In this document: piece after piece, positions 13,057-26,050 of the stretch
Layout of the letters: each line of letters begins with the position of its first letter
Position numbering within the stretch: the stretch's first letter is position 1
NCBI GenBank assembly: GCA_951406725.2
Contig: OX597819.1
Span: 80,352,001 to 80,416,000, forward strand
Length of the DNA: 64,000 bases
Direction of reading: 5' to 3'
Source of the DNA: Octopus vulgaris
Lineage: Eukaryota
Translations under genes and position numbers: made by a program
Notes under the pieces: model-generated
Database searches by the model: none
What the model was told of the DNA's origin: nothing
Seen by the model: only the letters and a program-made list of their open reading frames with translations

Positions 13057-13536
13057 AAGAGCAACAGAGAGAAAGAGAAAGAGAATAGAGAGAGAGAGAA
13101 TCAAGAAAGAGGAAGGGCGGGAGACAGAAAGAGAGACAGAGTGAGAGAGAGGGAGAGAGATACAGAGAGGTAGAGTATTATGTGTATGCGTGTATGTACG
13201 TACGTATGTTTTTTTTATTTTTTTTATTTTTTTTTTTTGTTGTGTTGTGTTGAGAGCTGTCGTGTATAAAATAAATTCTGGTCGAGTCGAATCTGCGACA
13301 TAAGTTTCGGGTTTCAAATCCCAGATGGATTAAAATTTTAAAATTCCCAAATAAAGAAAAATAAAGAAAGTAATACATATAATGATTTATAGCCAGAAGG
13401 CTAAGATTCATGAGTTCCTATTCTACAGACTCTATACACCACCTTAGCAAACTACATCTGAAATAGATTTCTTGATTAGCCATAGAGGAAAATTTATGAA
13501 TAAACAGAGGATTGTGGCTACATACATACATATGTA

Positions 13537-14050
13537 TACGAGGGTAAATCAAAAGTAATACACAGTCGTGTTCAAGTACTTTATTAAAACAAAAGCAGGG
13601 TTTGAACAATTACGTCATTTATCGATATAGTTTCCTTCCTTTTCGATGCACTCCTTCCAGTGGTTCACTGGCATGCTTATTCCATCGGAGAAGAAGATTT
13701 TCGGATGGTCACGGAATAATTTCTGCGCTTCTTCATCTTTAGCAAATCGACAATCTCGTAAAGGATATTTGACCAGTCCAAAAGAGGTAATAGCCGGAAG
13801 GGATGACATCTGGACGATATGCAGAGTATTGCAGCATCTGGAAAACCAGTGTTTCAAAGGTGTTGAGAGGCTGTAAGTGAGCGTGCATTGTCATGCAATA
13901 ATAACACTTACTTGACAATCGACCTCGGCGTATGGTGCGAATTGTGGCTTTCAATTTGTTTGCCAGAATTTCACTGTAGCATACACTGGTAATTATAAAA
14001 CCCTTTTCCAGGTAATGTTCCACTATTGGCCCTTTTGTTTCTGCAAAACT
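13537..14050 (-). mobile_element. Mariner transposase 3' fragment with right TIR (pseudogenised)
   Basis: KGPIVEHYLEKG...YSEIL..KLKATIRTIRRG, then LHDNARS, YRPDVIPSGYYLF (cf. YSPDLAPSDYHLF) and WKECIEKEGNYIDK; mariner-like terminus TACGAGGGTAAATCAAAAGT at 13537. Confidence 0.9.
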
Positions 14051-14117
14051 TTTAGGATCACTTTTTCTGCGGAAGGTTGAGAGTAAAATATGTAAGTATG
14101 TATGTATATATTTTCGC

Positions 14118-14328
14118 GTGTGTGTCTGAGTTTGTGTTTGTCCACCATCATCGTTTGACAATCGGTGTTGGTGTGTTTACGTGCCTGTAACCTGGCGTTT
14201 CGGCAAAAGAGACCAATGAAATAGTACTAGCTTTAAGAAATAAGTACTGGGGTCGACTTGTTCGACTAAAATCCCTTCAAGGCGGTGCACCAGCATGTCT
14301 GCAGTCAAATGACTGAAACAAGTAAAAG
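14118..14328 (+). mobile_element. SINE family A, 3' half
   Basis: GTTTGTCCACCATCATCGTTTGACAATCGGTGTTGGTGTGTTTACG...AAGGCGGTGCACCAGCATGTCTGCAGTCAAATGACTGAAACAAGTAAAAG. Confidence 0.8.
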
Positions 14329-14484
14329 GACCACAGTCGCATAGCTGAAACGAGTAAATGAGTAATGCGTGTGTGTATGTATGTGTGTGTGTGTGTGTAT
14401 GTGTGTGTGTGCGTGCGCGCGTGCGTATGTGTGTGTATTCCAGGAGTAGCAAGTGGCAAGTTCCAAGTTCTTTAAGAGCTATAA

Positions 14485-14527
<43 letters not shown>

Positions 14528-14694
14528 TACGAAGCAAGATATGGGTTATGAGTGTAACCCACTATGGGATATCATTTATCCAATATACTGCCAGTAAAGT
14601 ACCCAGAAGGCTAATACATAAATCCTAAGAATTGCAATGCAATTAATTCATTTATTGTATTATATGGGCGAAGGTGAAATGTTTTACCTCAAAT

Positions 14695-14768
14695 TCAATC
14701 ATCAACTTCCAGATAATACCAATTCATAAAATTATATGAATTGGTATTATCTGGAAGTTGATGATTGA
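14695..14768. repeat. Perfect 34-bp inverted repeat with 6-nt loop
   Basis: TCAATCATCAACTTCCAGATAATACCAATTCATA-AAATTA-TATGAATTGGTATTATCTGGAAGTTGATGATTGA. Confidence 0.9.
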
Positions 14769-14797
14769 TAGAAATCTATTCCTCCATTTTCTTATTT

Positions 14798-14872
<75 letters not shown>

Positions 14873-14873
<1 letters not shown>

Positions 14874-15730
14874 TAAATGGAGCTAACCGCAGGTGTTATT
14901 GAAATCTTTATACTTCAAATATGTCGTAACTATTTTATTAGCAAGTTATTATTTATTAGCCTGGTTGAAGTGCATATAAATGTTTGTGTATATTTTCAAT
15001 GTTTACAAATAACATGGAGAAAATAAATAAATAGCTTCCAGGGTAGCAAAAATTCACACAAGTACCAAGGATGTAAAAGTCTACATATAAAGGTAGAAAT
15101 TCCAGGTTTTAGTGAAATGTTTTTGATTGACATAGATAAATAAATAAATAAACGGAGTTAAACGCAGGTGTTATTCAAATCTTTATACTTCAAATAACTC
15201 CATATGTGGTAACTATTTTATTAGCTGGTTATATGGAAACCTGGTTGAAGTGTATATAAATGTATGTACATTTTTTCAATGTAGTAACTACTAAGCCTAG
15301 TATACCTGCGTTTAACTCCATTTATTTATATATATTATACAAAGTAGGCTGTTACAAACCTTGGTACTTATGTGAACTTTTGTTACCGTGGTAACTATTT
15401 ATTTATATTTTTCGTGTCATTTGTAAACATTGAAAACATACACATACATTTATATACACTTCAATCAGGTTTCCATATTAGCCAGCTAATAAAACAGTTA
15501 CCACATATGGAGTTATTTGAAGTATAAAGATTTGAATAACACCTGCGTTTAACTCCATTTATTTATCTATCAATGTCATACAAAAACATTTCACCAAAAC
15601 CTGGAATTCCTACCTTTATAAGTACGTTGTTACATCCTTGGTACTTATGTGAACTTTTGCTACACTAGCAACTGTTTTTAAGTTTTCCGTGTTATTTGTA
15701 AACACTGAAAAAATAGACTTACATTTATAT
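14873..15730. repeat. About 275-bp unit repeated in tandem and then in inverted orientation
   Basis: GGAG(C/T)TAA(C/A)CGCAGGTGTTATT at about 14879 and 15154; reverse complement ACCTGCGTTTAACTCCATTTATT at about 15304 and 15541. Confidence 0.85.
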
Positions 15731-15744
15731 ATATATTCTTTTAC

Positions 15745-16228
<484 letters not shown>

Positions 16229-16233
16229 ATATA

Positions 16234-19200
16234 TACCGTTTTACTCGGCTTCGAAGACGTTTCGTTCTCGAGGAGGCACCCTAATTTTGACAACCAAAAA
16301 TCTAAAAAGAAAATGATAAACATAAAAATAAGGTCCCGTCATTTCGGGTCTTGTTACCTTTAAAGATGCAGTAGAAAAAGAAATCACTATAACCTCTAGC
16401 AGGCCACTTAAAATCTTCCTAGCATTCATTTTAGCTGTTTGTCTAACACTTATTTGCGCTATCCCTTATGTTGGCTAACCGTGACTATTTCCCGTTGTGA
16501 ACCCACACTCGCATCTGTAAAACTAACAAATGGCAGCACTCACCTATCTTCCAATTTGTTTTGTGGGACCATCAGTACAGAGACATGGTATGGTAAGTTT
16601 ACTCTCAAAGTTTACGTCTACCGTTATGTACCCACTGTAATACTGAAACTACACTACGACAGGAATGGATTCAGATGGGGAGGACACGAGGGGAATGCAA
16701 CCCCCACCAACCAAGTAACTTCAAATTTGACTGTTTTGTTTAAATATGTATGATGGAAAACATATGTTTGTACCAGCAACAAACAACCCTTAAAGGATCC
16801 AATCTAAAAATTAAGTTTTTAAGCACCTCTGAACATATTGCACTGTCATTTCATTCATCAATTTCAATGAATGAGACCTCATACCCCCTCCCCCACTAGA
16901 AATTTTTGGATCCACTCCTGCATTACCATACTCCAGTTCGACTGCTCGATGACGCAGTGATTTTCGTCTTATGTGTTTCGTTAATAAGGTTCCTGGCCGA
17001 TAGTGTCTCGGCTCATGCAATTGGACAGGGCTACAGCTGGTGCAGTATTTCAAGATTTTGGTAGTATTGGATGTAAACTGATACAGTACTTTGTTCCAAC
17101 AAAGGAAAAAATAAACTCCACAATAGGAAAATTATTGTGAGAAATACAGAATAACATTTTATTGCACAGTTACACTTTGTAAAATTACCACATGAATATT
17201 ACATCCCAAATGGAACAAAATAAAAATAGAATAAAGATTACAGTAAAATCTACACAATAAAAAGCATTTCAATCATAAAATCCTGAAAATATTTTGCTTA
17301 TTGCTACCATTTATAGAAGTACCACACAAACATGACATCCCAAATAGAACAAAATAAAAACAGAACAGAGATTAAAATCTGCACAATTGAATTATTACAA
17401 ATCAGAAAACATATTTTAATCTTCAAATCCTGAAAATATTTCACGTTATTACCATTTGTAAAACTTTCACACGGACTTGACAAAACAAACGTTACAATTA
17501 AAATACAATTGAAAAATATTAAAAAGTGTGCAAATATTAAACGTACGAGTATAAGGAAAATATTTCACTCTTCAAATCCTGAAAGCTGATAGCCCCAAAA
17601 CCAGAAAAATCATCAGGGTTGTCAGTACTGTCTGAAGTGTCACTATCTTCAAACAGAATGTCCATCTTCTGTGCCATCTAATGCATTACTGATGTCACAT
17701 TTTAAAAAAGATTTTACTACTACTTAAATTGTCACAGCGCTACATGATTTCAGGACCCACTCGCACACCTTTTCAAATTACCTGTTGGTGTTAGGTCATG
17801 GTCCTTGGCTCTTATCTACTGTTTCGATTCTTCTTTCATAAATGCCTTAAAAGACTTGTTGATTGATACGTCCAGTGGTTGTAATTGGCTTGTTAAACCA
17901 TTAGAGATCAATGCCATTTCCGTTTTCAATTTCTACACCTTTTCTTTAATAGCCTTTGTTTTGTGGACACAAAACTGGTCCCATACAAGAAGAGATGATT
18001 TTTTAAGGAGGCCACCGGAACGCCTTGACTAGAACTTATCTAGCCATAAATTCTCTCCCTTTTTATCCATCCATCCAACCCCTTGGATGAACGTAAACAA
18101 ATATTCCACGTGGAATTTTGTCTTTTGGCAAAGTTTTCCTCTTGAAAATAAGCAGTAGTGACAATTTTGTTCCATCAGCACAACACAACAGTACCACAGT
18201 AAAATGGGTTTTCTTATGTCCAGATGTCTATACACTTACGGTTTTGAACCCTTTAACATCCACTATTCTATTTGATACCATATTAAACATTAGTGACACC
18301 TCATTCATATTTCCTATCTGACCCAGCTCGTAGTCGGTCTCTTTTCTTGCACTGATTATTTTGTTATCATAATCTTCAGGCATTGTTTGAGCTATTCTTA
18401 TTTTGATTCTCATTGCCAGTCCGTGCTTCTTCATGAATCTGTAACACTAGCTTGATGTGCCACGGAAATCATTCAGACCTCGTGCTGTTGTCCTCACTTT
18501 TGATTCATTAATAATCATTTTATTGAAACTGCAAGACCCGAATTACTTTACGTAACTATCCACTCCTTCATCTCTTGTTCCAATTCTGGCCACTGAGCTG
18601 CAGTGTGAAGCTTCAACAGGTCTTCTTGTTTCTTCCAGTAGCGGATCATTTTCTTAGTTAGCGGTGCTCCAAAATGCCACTCTGCAGCCCTGTTGCCATG
18701 CTGTTTGGCATGTTCAATCACATGTAGCTTGTAGCCGATTGTATAAGAGTATCTTCTGCTTGAGTTTGCCATAATAACGGTTGTGCTAAAAATTTTAAGT
18801 AAAACCATCTGAAGTTGCGGATCCCTCCTAGCGTCAGCAGGTCCAAGTTTGAACCGGTTAAGACCACGGGTTTCAGAGATCAAGGAGGAAGCCTATATTG
18901 CTGTTTGAACACAACACGTTTCCTCACAGAAAGTATGTGATTACGGTAGTACTGCTATTAATATTTGCATATAAACCATTTTAATATACCTCAGTTTTAC
19001 TTCTTTCACTTATTCATTTATGATTCACTTAATAATGATCCCTAAAAGTCAAGTTGATTGAAGAGAGTGACAATACCGGCAGTATAGATATACATGTAAA
19101 ATATCACTCTTCAGTTGCCTCGACTAGCATACACTGCTCATACGGGAATGAAGTTTTGAGATTGCGTATATTAAAAAAAATTATGAGGCGCAATGGCCTA

Positions 19201-19593
19201 GTGGTTAGGGCAGCGGACTCGCGGTCGCAGGATCGCGGTTTCGATTCTCAGACCGGGCGTTGTGTGTGTTTATTGAGCGAAAACACCTAAAAGCTCTACG
19301 AGGCTCCGGCAGGGGGTGGTGATCCCTGCTGTACTCTTTCACCACAATGGCAGTGCCCCAGCATGGCCACAGCTCAAGAGCTGAAACTGGAAAAAAAAAA
19401 AAAAAAATACTTTTGTTGATTTACTATCTTAACAAAGTATAAATTATACAGGGGTTCAGATTACTGTCTGGCATAGATAATTTTCCTCTAGTGTTAGGAT
19501 ATGTCTATGAAAAATGCAGCCTCCGGCCTCCAGGTATGTTTTCGAGATTTATTGTAGGAAAAAGTAGCGTCTTCGACGCCGGAATTTACGGTG
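16234..19593 (-). mobile_element. pogo-type DNA transposon, TIR to TIR, with decayed transposase (Brinker-like DBD, CENP-B HTH, DDE_1) at about 17570-18772
   Basis: MANSSRRYSYTIGYKLHVIEHAKQHGNRAA...QWPELEQEMKEWI; FMKKHGLAMR..RIAQ; IGNMNEVSLMFNM; imperfect TIRs TACCGTTTTACTCGGCTTCGAAGACG (16234) and CGTCTTCGACGCCGGAATTTACGGTG (19568-19593), each flanked by TA. Confidence 0.85.
19185..19407 (+). mobile_element. tRNA-derived SINE family B nested in the pogo element
   Basis: A box TGGCCTAGTGG, B box GGTTTCGATTCT, poly(A) tail; near-identical head at 27175-27340 on the minus strand. Confidence 0.9.
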
Positions 19594-19629
19594 TATGTAT
19601 ATTTTGGTGCTCTTTCTGGGTAGACATCA

Positions 19630-19968
19630 ATTCGGTGTGGAGTTCCTCTGGGAACTGTACTGGGCCCACTACTATTTGTCGTGGCTTTCTCAAACATGCC
19701 CTTAGTCGTACAGTCAGCCACTCTCACCAGCTACACTGATGATACAAATGTATCTCAGGCGGTCAAAGACCCTGATGACAGTAAAACTGCAAAATTTCTA
19801 TCTGAAATCCCAGATGAGCTCACATTACAGCAGGCGGCAAAGAAGAGCGGCTTCATTCAACTGGCTTCTTCACCAACGACATTACCAAAAAGAGATTTAA
19901 AAAACACTGAAACACGGTGCTCCAGCATGACCCCAGCCTTTGAATGAAACCAATAAAAGAATAAAAGA
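19630..19968 (+). mobile_element. Internally deleted CR1/L2-group LINE relic (RT motif joined to 3' end)
   Basis: GVPLGTVLGPLLFVVAFSNMP...LTSYTDDT (cf. GVPQGSVLGPLLF...YADDT), then KFLSEIPDE, then tail CGGTGCTCCAGCATGACC...GAAACCAATAAAAGAATAAAAGA. Confidence 0.8.
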
Positions 19969-20376
19969 ACATATATATATGTGTGTGTATGTGCATGTAT
20001 GTGTGAATGTGTGTGCGCGTGTGCATGCGTGTGTGTGTACATATGCATGTGGCGTGTGTGTATAAATATATAAATATATATATATATACATTAATATACA
20101 TAAATATATATTCATATATAAGAGTTTATAATGATATATCCACAGAGAGAACACCCTTGACAGGACTTCTTACATACTAAAAATGGCATTAACTAATACT
20201 AATAATTTTTTTATTCGAGTGCCATGAACGGAGTGTCTTTGGAATTATTGTTTTCGTAGCTTGGGCTTAACTGCCCTTTTTAGCATATGCAATATATTTG
20301 TCATCCCATTGAAAGATATCGAGTAATCCTTCGAAATAATAGTAGCCGTTTTTATACTTATGAATATTTCTTGTGA

Positions 20377-20446
<70 letters not shown>

Positions 20447-20684
20447 GTGTGTGTGTGTGCGTGCGTGTGTGCGTGCGTTTGTGTGAGTGTGTGTGTTCGT
20501 AGGCTTGTTACATTTAAGTTGGTTTGTAAAAATTTAAAAAGATCTCATTTGAGACACGACATAATGAGAAAGACCACCAGGCTTATCTACTAGTTACACA
20601 TCGTGAATCACTGGAAATTTTATCCTAAGAGCAGTCCTTTATGTTAAATCCTCGTCAATATTGAAGAGCAATTTAACAAACATA

Positions 20685-21490
20685 TTGGTTTCTGATTTAG
20701 GCTGAAAGCCAGCAATTTTATGGTGAATGAACTAGTCGAGATCATCATCGCCAATACTTGGGTTGTATTGTATTTTATCGACTTCAAATTGGTGAAAAGC
20801 GAAGTAACCTAATGGGAATTCAAACTGAAAATATAGAGAGCAAAGACGACATAGCTTTTGTTTTATGATCAAGTGATTTTGCTAAGTCGTCGTCTTCAGC
20901 TCAGCAAATATATTAAAAATGCCTTTTGATGTAGATAAAGGTAAAAAAAAAAACTGACAGGAAAACGAAGCAGATAGTCCAAAGTCACGGATGATTTGTA
21001 ACTCCGAGGAAGGGATATAATACAAGTAGTAGACAACTTTGCATTGTGCAAATAAAATATTGGGTTCAAATTTTAGCGCATGGTCAGAAATTTCGGTAGA
21101 GGTGGGTACGTCAATTACATCAATACCAATGCTCGATTGATACTTATTTTATCGAGCCCGAAAGGATGAAATGCAAAGTCGACCTCGGTGGCATTTGAAA
21201 TCAGAACATAAAAACGGACGAAATGCTGTTGGCTAACGATTCTGCCCGCTCGCTGCCTTAAAGCCGAAGAATATTGGTTACAAGTCTTAGCACAAAACCT
21301 GCAATTTCGGTGGAGATGGTAAGTCGGTTACATTGACCCCAGTGCTCAGCTGGTAATTATCTTATCAAACGCGAAAGGATGAAAAACAAAGTTGATCTCG
21401 GCATTATCTGAACTCAGAACGTAAAGACGTATGAAATACCGTTAAAGATTTTTCCAGCATGCTAACGATTCTGTCAGCTCTGCACTTTAG
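20685..21490 (-). mobile_element. Cluster of three SINE family D copies (about 20685-20900, 21060-21260, 21275-21490)
   Basis: Recurring TACTTATTTTATCGA.CCCGAAAGGATGAAA.GCAAAGTCGACCTCGG...TTGAACTCAGAAC...CTAACGATTCTGCC; the central segment resembles the Meta-SINE domain (recalled from memory). Confidence 0.8.
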
Positions 21491-22849
21491 AATCAAAGAT
21501 TATTAAAAAACATATATCATAAGTAGAAAAAAACGCATTTGCATTGCCAGCTATAACATGAATCTATTGTATTGAACTGGAATGTGACAGAACAAATCTA
21601 CTAGTAACAATAACACATACTGTACAATAAGTTTGTCACCCAACGACTGCAGATTTCTACCTCCCTATAGGCTATGGTAGGATTTGAACTTAGTCCAACT
21701 TTCTTACAGTTCTGCCAGTCGATTGCCTTAGAGTGGAACTTATTTATCGATCTCGAAAGGACGAAAGATAAAGTTTAACTCTTTGACGAATAGAATATGG
21801 CAAGGTATTGTTGAACGCTAGGGAGCAATGTAAGAAGACAGTCATTAATATTGCCGCATACTTTTACAAGAAATAGTATGTGTCTTTATTCACTGTGATT
21901 TAAAATGGCATGAAATCAATTATACCTGAAGCAATAAAATTTTCAAAAAAATTGGTCCAGACGTGAAACAGTTATGGCGCATCGATTAATAGTGATGAAC
22001 GATCATAAAAGCTATGCCGTCCCCTGGACAATATTTTCACGAACTTGATGCCCGATATATGAATTTTAAAAAATCTTATCGCTTGTCTATGTGCATTTAT
22101 TCGGTTTGTACAAGTCAGGAAAAGAAACAATATTCGCAGTGCAGGAAGAGATAATTTCCATTAGATGTATTAAAATTATATCCACAACTCTTATAAATAT
22201 AGTTGACGTATGTCGTATTGAAGAGCATTTACTGAAACAATACACCAGTCCTAGCGGCCAAGAAAACTGCTTGAAGCAAAAGCTCTCTGGTGCTCACATC
22301 AACCGCGATCTGTCTCAGAAAATGACAGTGTAAAAATTTTATGAAATGGTAGCTTACAGACAGATTGACAGATAGCAGATAATAAACTTGACATCATTCT
22401 CCATGACAAAAATGACAATAACGTATTAATTATCAATATTGCAATACCAAATGACTATAGTGTTGTGTACACGAGAGCTACGAAGCTATGAAATTACACC
22501 GACACATGTTGAAATAATAAAAAAAAAAGTTAATTTTTCTAACTTTTGTAATTGATATAACTGGAGTGGTATACAACCATTTGAGTAACGACTTGATATA
22601 TTACCTACAAATTTGTGAGTTCAAATCCCGACGCGGTAAACTTTACCTTTCGTCATTTCGGGGTGGATAAAAAAGTTCTAATCCAAAGCAGTCGACTGAC
22701 AGAACTGTAAGAAAGTTGGACTGAGTTCAAATCCTACCATAGCCAAATGAGTGGTAGATATAATCCGTCGCTTGATATAAAGCCCCCATTTGGCCCTTTT
22801 GGTGCTATTAGCGGGGTTCACTCTGTGGTATATATTCAAGCCTGTTCCT

Positions 22850-23060
22850 CTTATTTCTTTACTGCCCACTGAGGGGACAAACAAAGACAGACAAACGGAT
22901 TAAGTCGATTATATCGGCCCTAGTATGCAACTGGTACCTATTTAATCGACCCCGAAAGGATGAAAAGCAAAGTCGACCTCGGCGGAATTTGAACTCAGAA
23001 CGTAGCGGCAGACGAAATACTAAGCATTTCGCCAGGCGTGCTAACGATTCTGCCAGATTT
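22850..23060 (-). mobile_element. SINE family D copy
   Basis: ATCGACCCCGAAAGGATGAAAAGCAAAGTCGACCTCGGCGGAATTTGAACTCAGAACG. Confidence 0.85.
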
Positions 23061-23684
23061 AGCGGGTCATGAGCATTGCTTGCTGCCTAAAAGAAGAAAG
23101 ATTCAATCTGAAATTGGTAGGGCATTCTCTCGCAGTATTTATAATTTCAATGATTTTTCTGTTAACCATATTTATCGAACGTTTCTATTAATTACTTTTA
23201 AGATGTTCATAATTTTCATTCTAAGCTAAGAGCCCCACTGTACTTCTCAACTCTTGAACAGCCAAGATAATAATAACAATGAAAATGAATATGATGATAA
23301 TGATGATGATGAATTCTTTATTTACCACAAAGGGCTTACATTAAGAAAAAGTTAAGGACAGCTCAGGACAAAACAGTGCTTTTGTGTGTGTATGTAAGTG
23401 TGAGGGTTTTGAATGTAAAAAGGCTTAACAATAAACAATGAAGGTAAAAATAAAAATTTAATAATGGGGATTCCTCGATAGGGAGAACACGCTCAAGGAT
23501 CGCTCAGGTCTCCTGACTTATTGGGAAAATGCCTTCTCTCAGTTTTTAATCTTTGAATTACAGGACTTACAGGACAGTCTTCTGAAATCTGAAGGGATTT
23601 CATATTTCCATGCGTTCTCAGAAATTTTTGCTTATATATTGTCACGCTGCTTCCTTAATTTCAACAAGCTTCAGCTTACTAAAC

Positions 23685-23805
23685 GAAGGGATGAAAGGCA
23701 AAGTTGAAGTCGGAGGGATTTGAACTGAATATGTAAAGACAGACGAAATGCCACACTCGGCATTCTGTCCGGTTTGCTATATTGATTCTATCAGCACACC
23801 GCCTT
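23685..23805 (-). mobile_element. SINE family D, 5' part
   Basis: GGATGAAAGGCAAAGTTGAAGTCGGAGGGATTTGAACTGAA...CACCGCCTT. Confidence 0.7.
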
Positions 23806-23831
23806 AAGATATGTATAAATTATAGAATTTG

Positions 23832-23876
<45 letters not shown>

Positions 23877-23950
23877 GCATATGCAAGCAGCTTGCACATT
23901 TTTATGTGTCCAAGCGAGAATGTCTGCATGTGTGCGTGTCGCATGAAGAT

Positions 23951-24039
<89 letters not shown>

Positions 24040-24936
24040 TATGTATATGCGTATGCATATTTATATATACATGCATTTAAACACACACACACACATATGT
24101 ATATATATATATATATATATATGCTCTTCTTGCCCCCGCTCTATTGCCCCTCTCTTATTTCAACAGGAAATCTCAAATCTCTTGCCAAACCTATGTCAGC
24201 CTCTATTATGTAAGAATCTGTAGCAGTAAATGGTTGGCGGCTCATTGAACACTCTCCAGAGTGTCTATTGTAGTATTGTCTTTCAACACACAAAATTTTA
24301 ATATGCTTAACAAACATATACACACAGAGGAGACGTGTGCACGAGCATGCTTAAGTATGAGTGTGAACGCGTGCACGTGAGTGTTTATGTGTATGTGCAT
24401 ATATTTACGCATATATATATATATGTGTGTGTGTGGGTGTGTGTGTGCATATATGTATACACACACACACACATAGATATATATGTATTATACATACCTA
24501 TATATATATAGGATTTCTAACTGCATATCTGTTTATCCTTCTTTTCTGTATTTGTCACACACACTCTCAATCACTGTCTCCATCACTTTCCTCCAACTCT
24601 CCCCCTTTCTCTCTTTCTGTCTCTCTCCCACCCTCTCTCCATAATTCTCTCTCTCTCTCCCTCTCTGTTTTCTTTTTTATATCGGCTTCTCATGCAATCA
24701 ATATGTCAGTATACATTTATCTGTGTAGATATGTGTATGTATGTATGTATGTATGTATGTATGTATGTATGTATGTATGTATGCATGTATGCATGTATCT
24801 GTATGTGTGTATGCGTGTATGTGTGTGTGTGTCTATGGTGTTGTGTGTGTGTATGTATGTACGTATGTATGCATTTATGTATGTCTGCAGAAGGCGGTTT
24901 ATAGAAAGTAAGAGCGGGGAAGAGATGCAGAATATG

Positions 24937-24974
<38 letters not shown>

Positions 24975-25249
24975 ATCTACTAGTATATATGACGTATGTG
25001 TAAAACTAATCTTAGTTAAAGTTAGGATGGAGCAGAGAACCTCGTAACACACCCTGCACCAATTGCTGCCAACAACCATGTATTGCTGTCAACAGTGATA
25101 AAGTCACATTCCAAACGTTCCTTCACACCGAATGCCAGTCTTTCTTTCTTCAATATACACAATGTAGCTACACCGGAGCCTATAGAGTTCCAAATAAATT
25201 TACCTTACAACGTTTACGTACTTTCATTTTCATATCCCTCGTAGGAACC

Positions 25250-25368
25250 CTCCACCGCAGCTGCTGCCGCCGTCACCACCACCCCCGCCGCAACCGTCGC
25301 TGCCGGCCCTCACACCACCGCCGGCCCTCCCGCCACCGCAGGCCCTCACGCCACTGCCGCCACCGCTC
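25250..25368. repeat. GC-rich 18-bp minisatellite
   Basis: GCCGGCCCTCACACCACC / GCCGGCCCTCCCGCCACC / GCAGGCCCTCACGCCACT in tandem. Confidence 0.7.
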
Positions 25369-25609
25369 TCTCTTTCTCACACACTCTTTCACTCCCCCCC
25401 TCTCTCTCGTTTTGTCTATCTTTCTAACTCTTTCGCTTTGCAACAAATCTGTGCGCTTGTTCCAATATTAGAATATAATCATGATGCTTAATCATTTTAG
25501 CTCCCTGAAGGCACAAACCTTTTCAACAATTACGCTCCAGATGTGACTATCTTGTCTAATATTTTTTCAGTCACAATGTATGTCAGTGATATTTTCTATC
25601 TGTTTAATA

Positions 25610-25803
25610 TCTTTTCCTTTCCACTATAGGCACAAGGCCTGGAACTTTTGCAGAAGGAGCGAGTCGATTACATTGACCCCAGTGTTGGACTGATACTTAT
25701 TTTCTCGGCCCCGAAAAGATGTAAGGCAAACTCGACCACAGCGGAATAAATGCTGTCATGCATTTTGTCCAACGCCGTAACGATTCTGCATACTCGTCGC
25801 CTT
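25610..25803 (-). mobile_element. SINE family D copy
   Basis: GGCACAAGGCCTG...GTCGATTACATTGACCCCAGTG...CTGATACTTATTTT...AACGATTCTGC. Confidence 0.75.
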
Positions 25804-26050
25804 GGTGTTTGTTCATATGTTTCGAGTTTCTGCACCTGGAAGGTTCCGTTCGTAATGGCAGACGAGGAAAGATCTTTTGCTTTGTTTTTTTTTTTCTTTT
25901 TACGTTGGGTAAACCTAGCAGATGGCCATTCATGCGAGCCACCGCTACCCATGCTTCTGATAATATCTAAAGGAAAAAGAAAGAATGATACACCTTGTCA
26001 TCAATGTCGTAGAAGGCATTACCTTCAGAAAATCAAAAATTTGAATAAAT

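Noticed and set aside
19185-19260. tRNA-like sequences here and at 3606, 4867, 27265, 43678, 53615 and 63776
   Set aside because: They have A/B boxes but no complete cloverleaf or acceptor stem and continue into repeated SINE bodies, so they are SINE heads rather than tRNA genes
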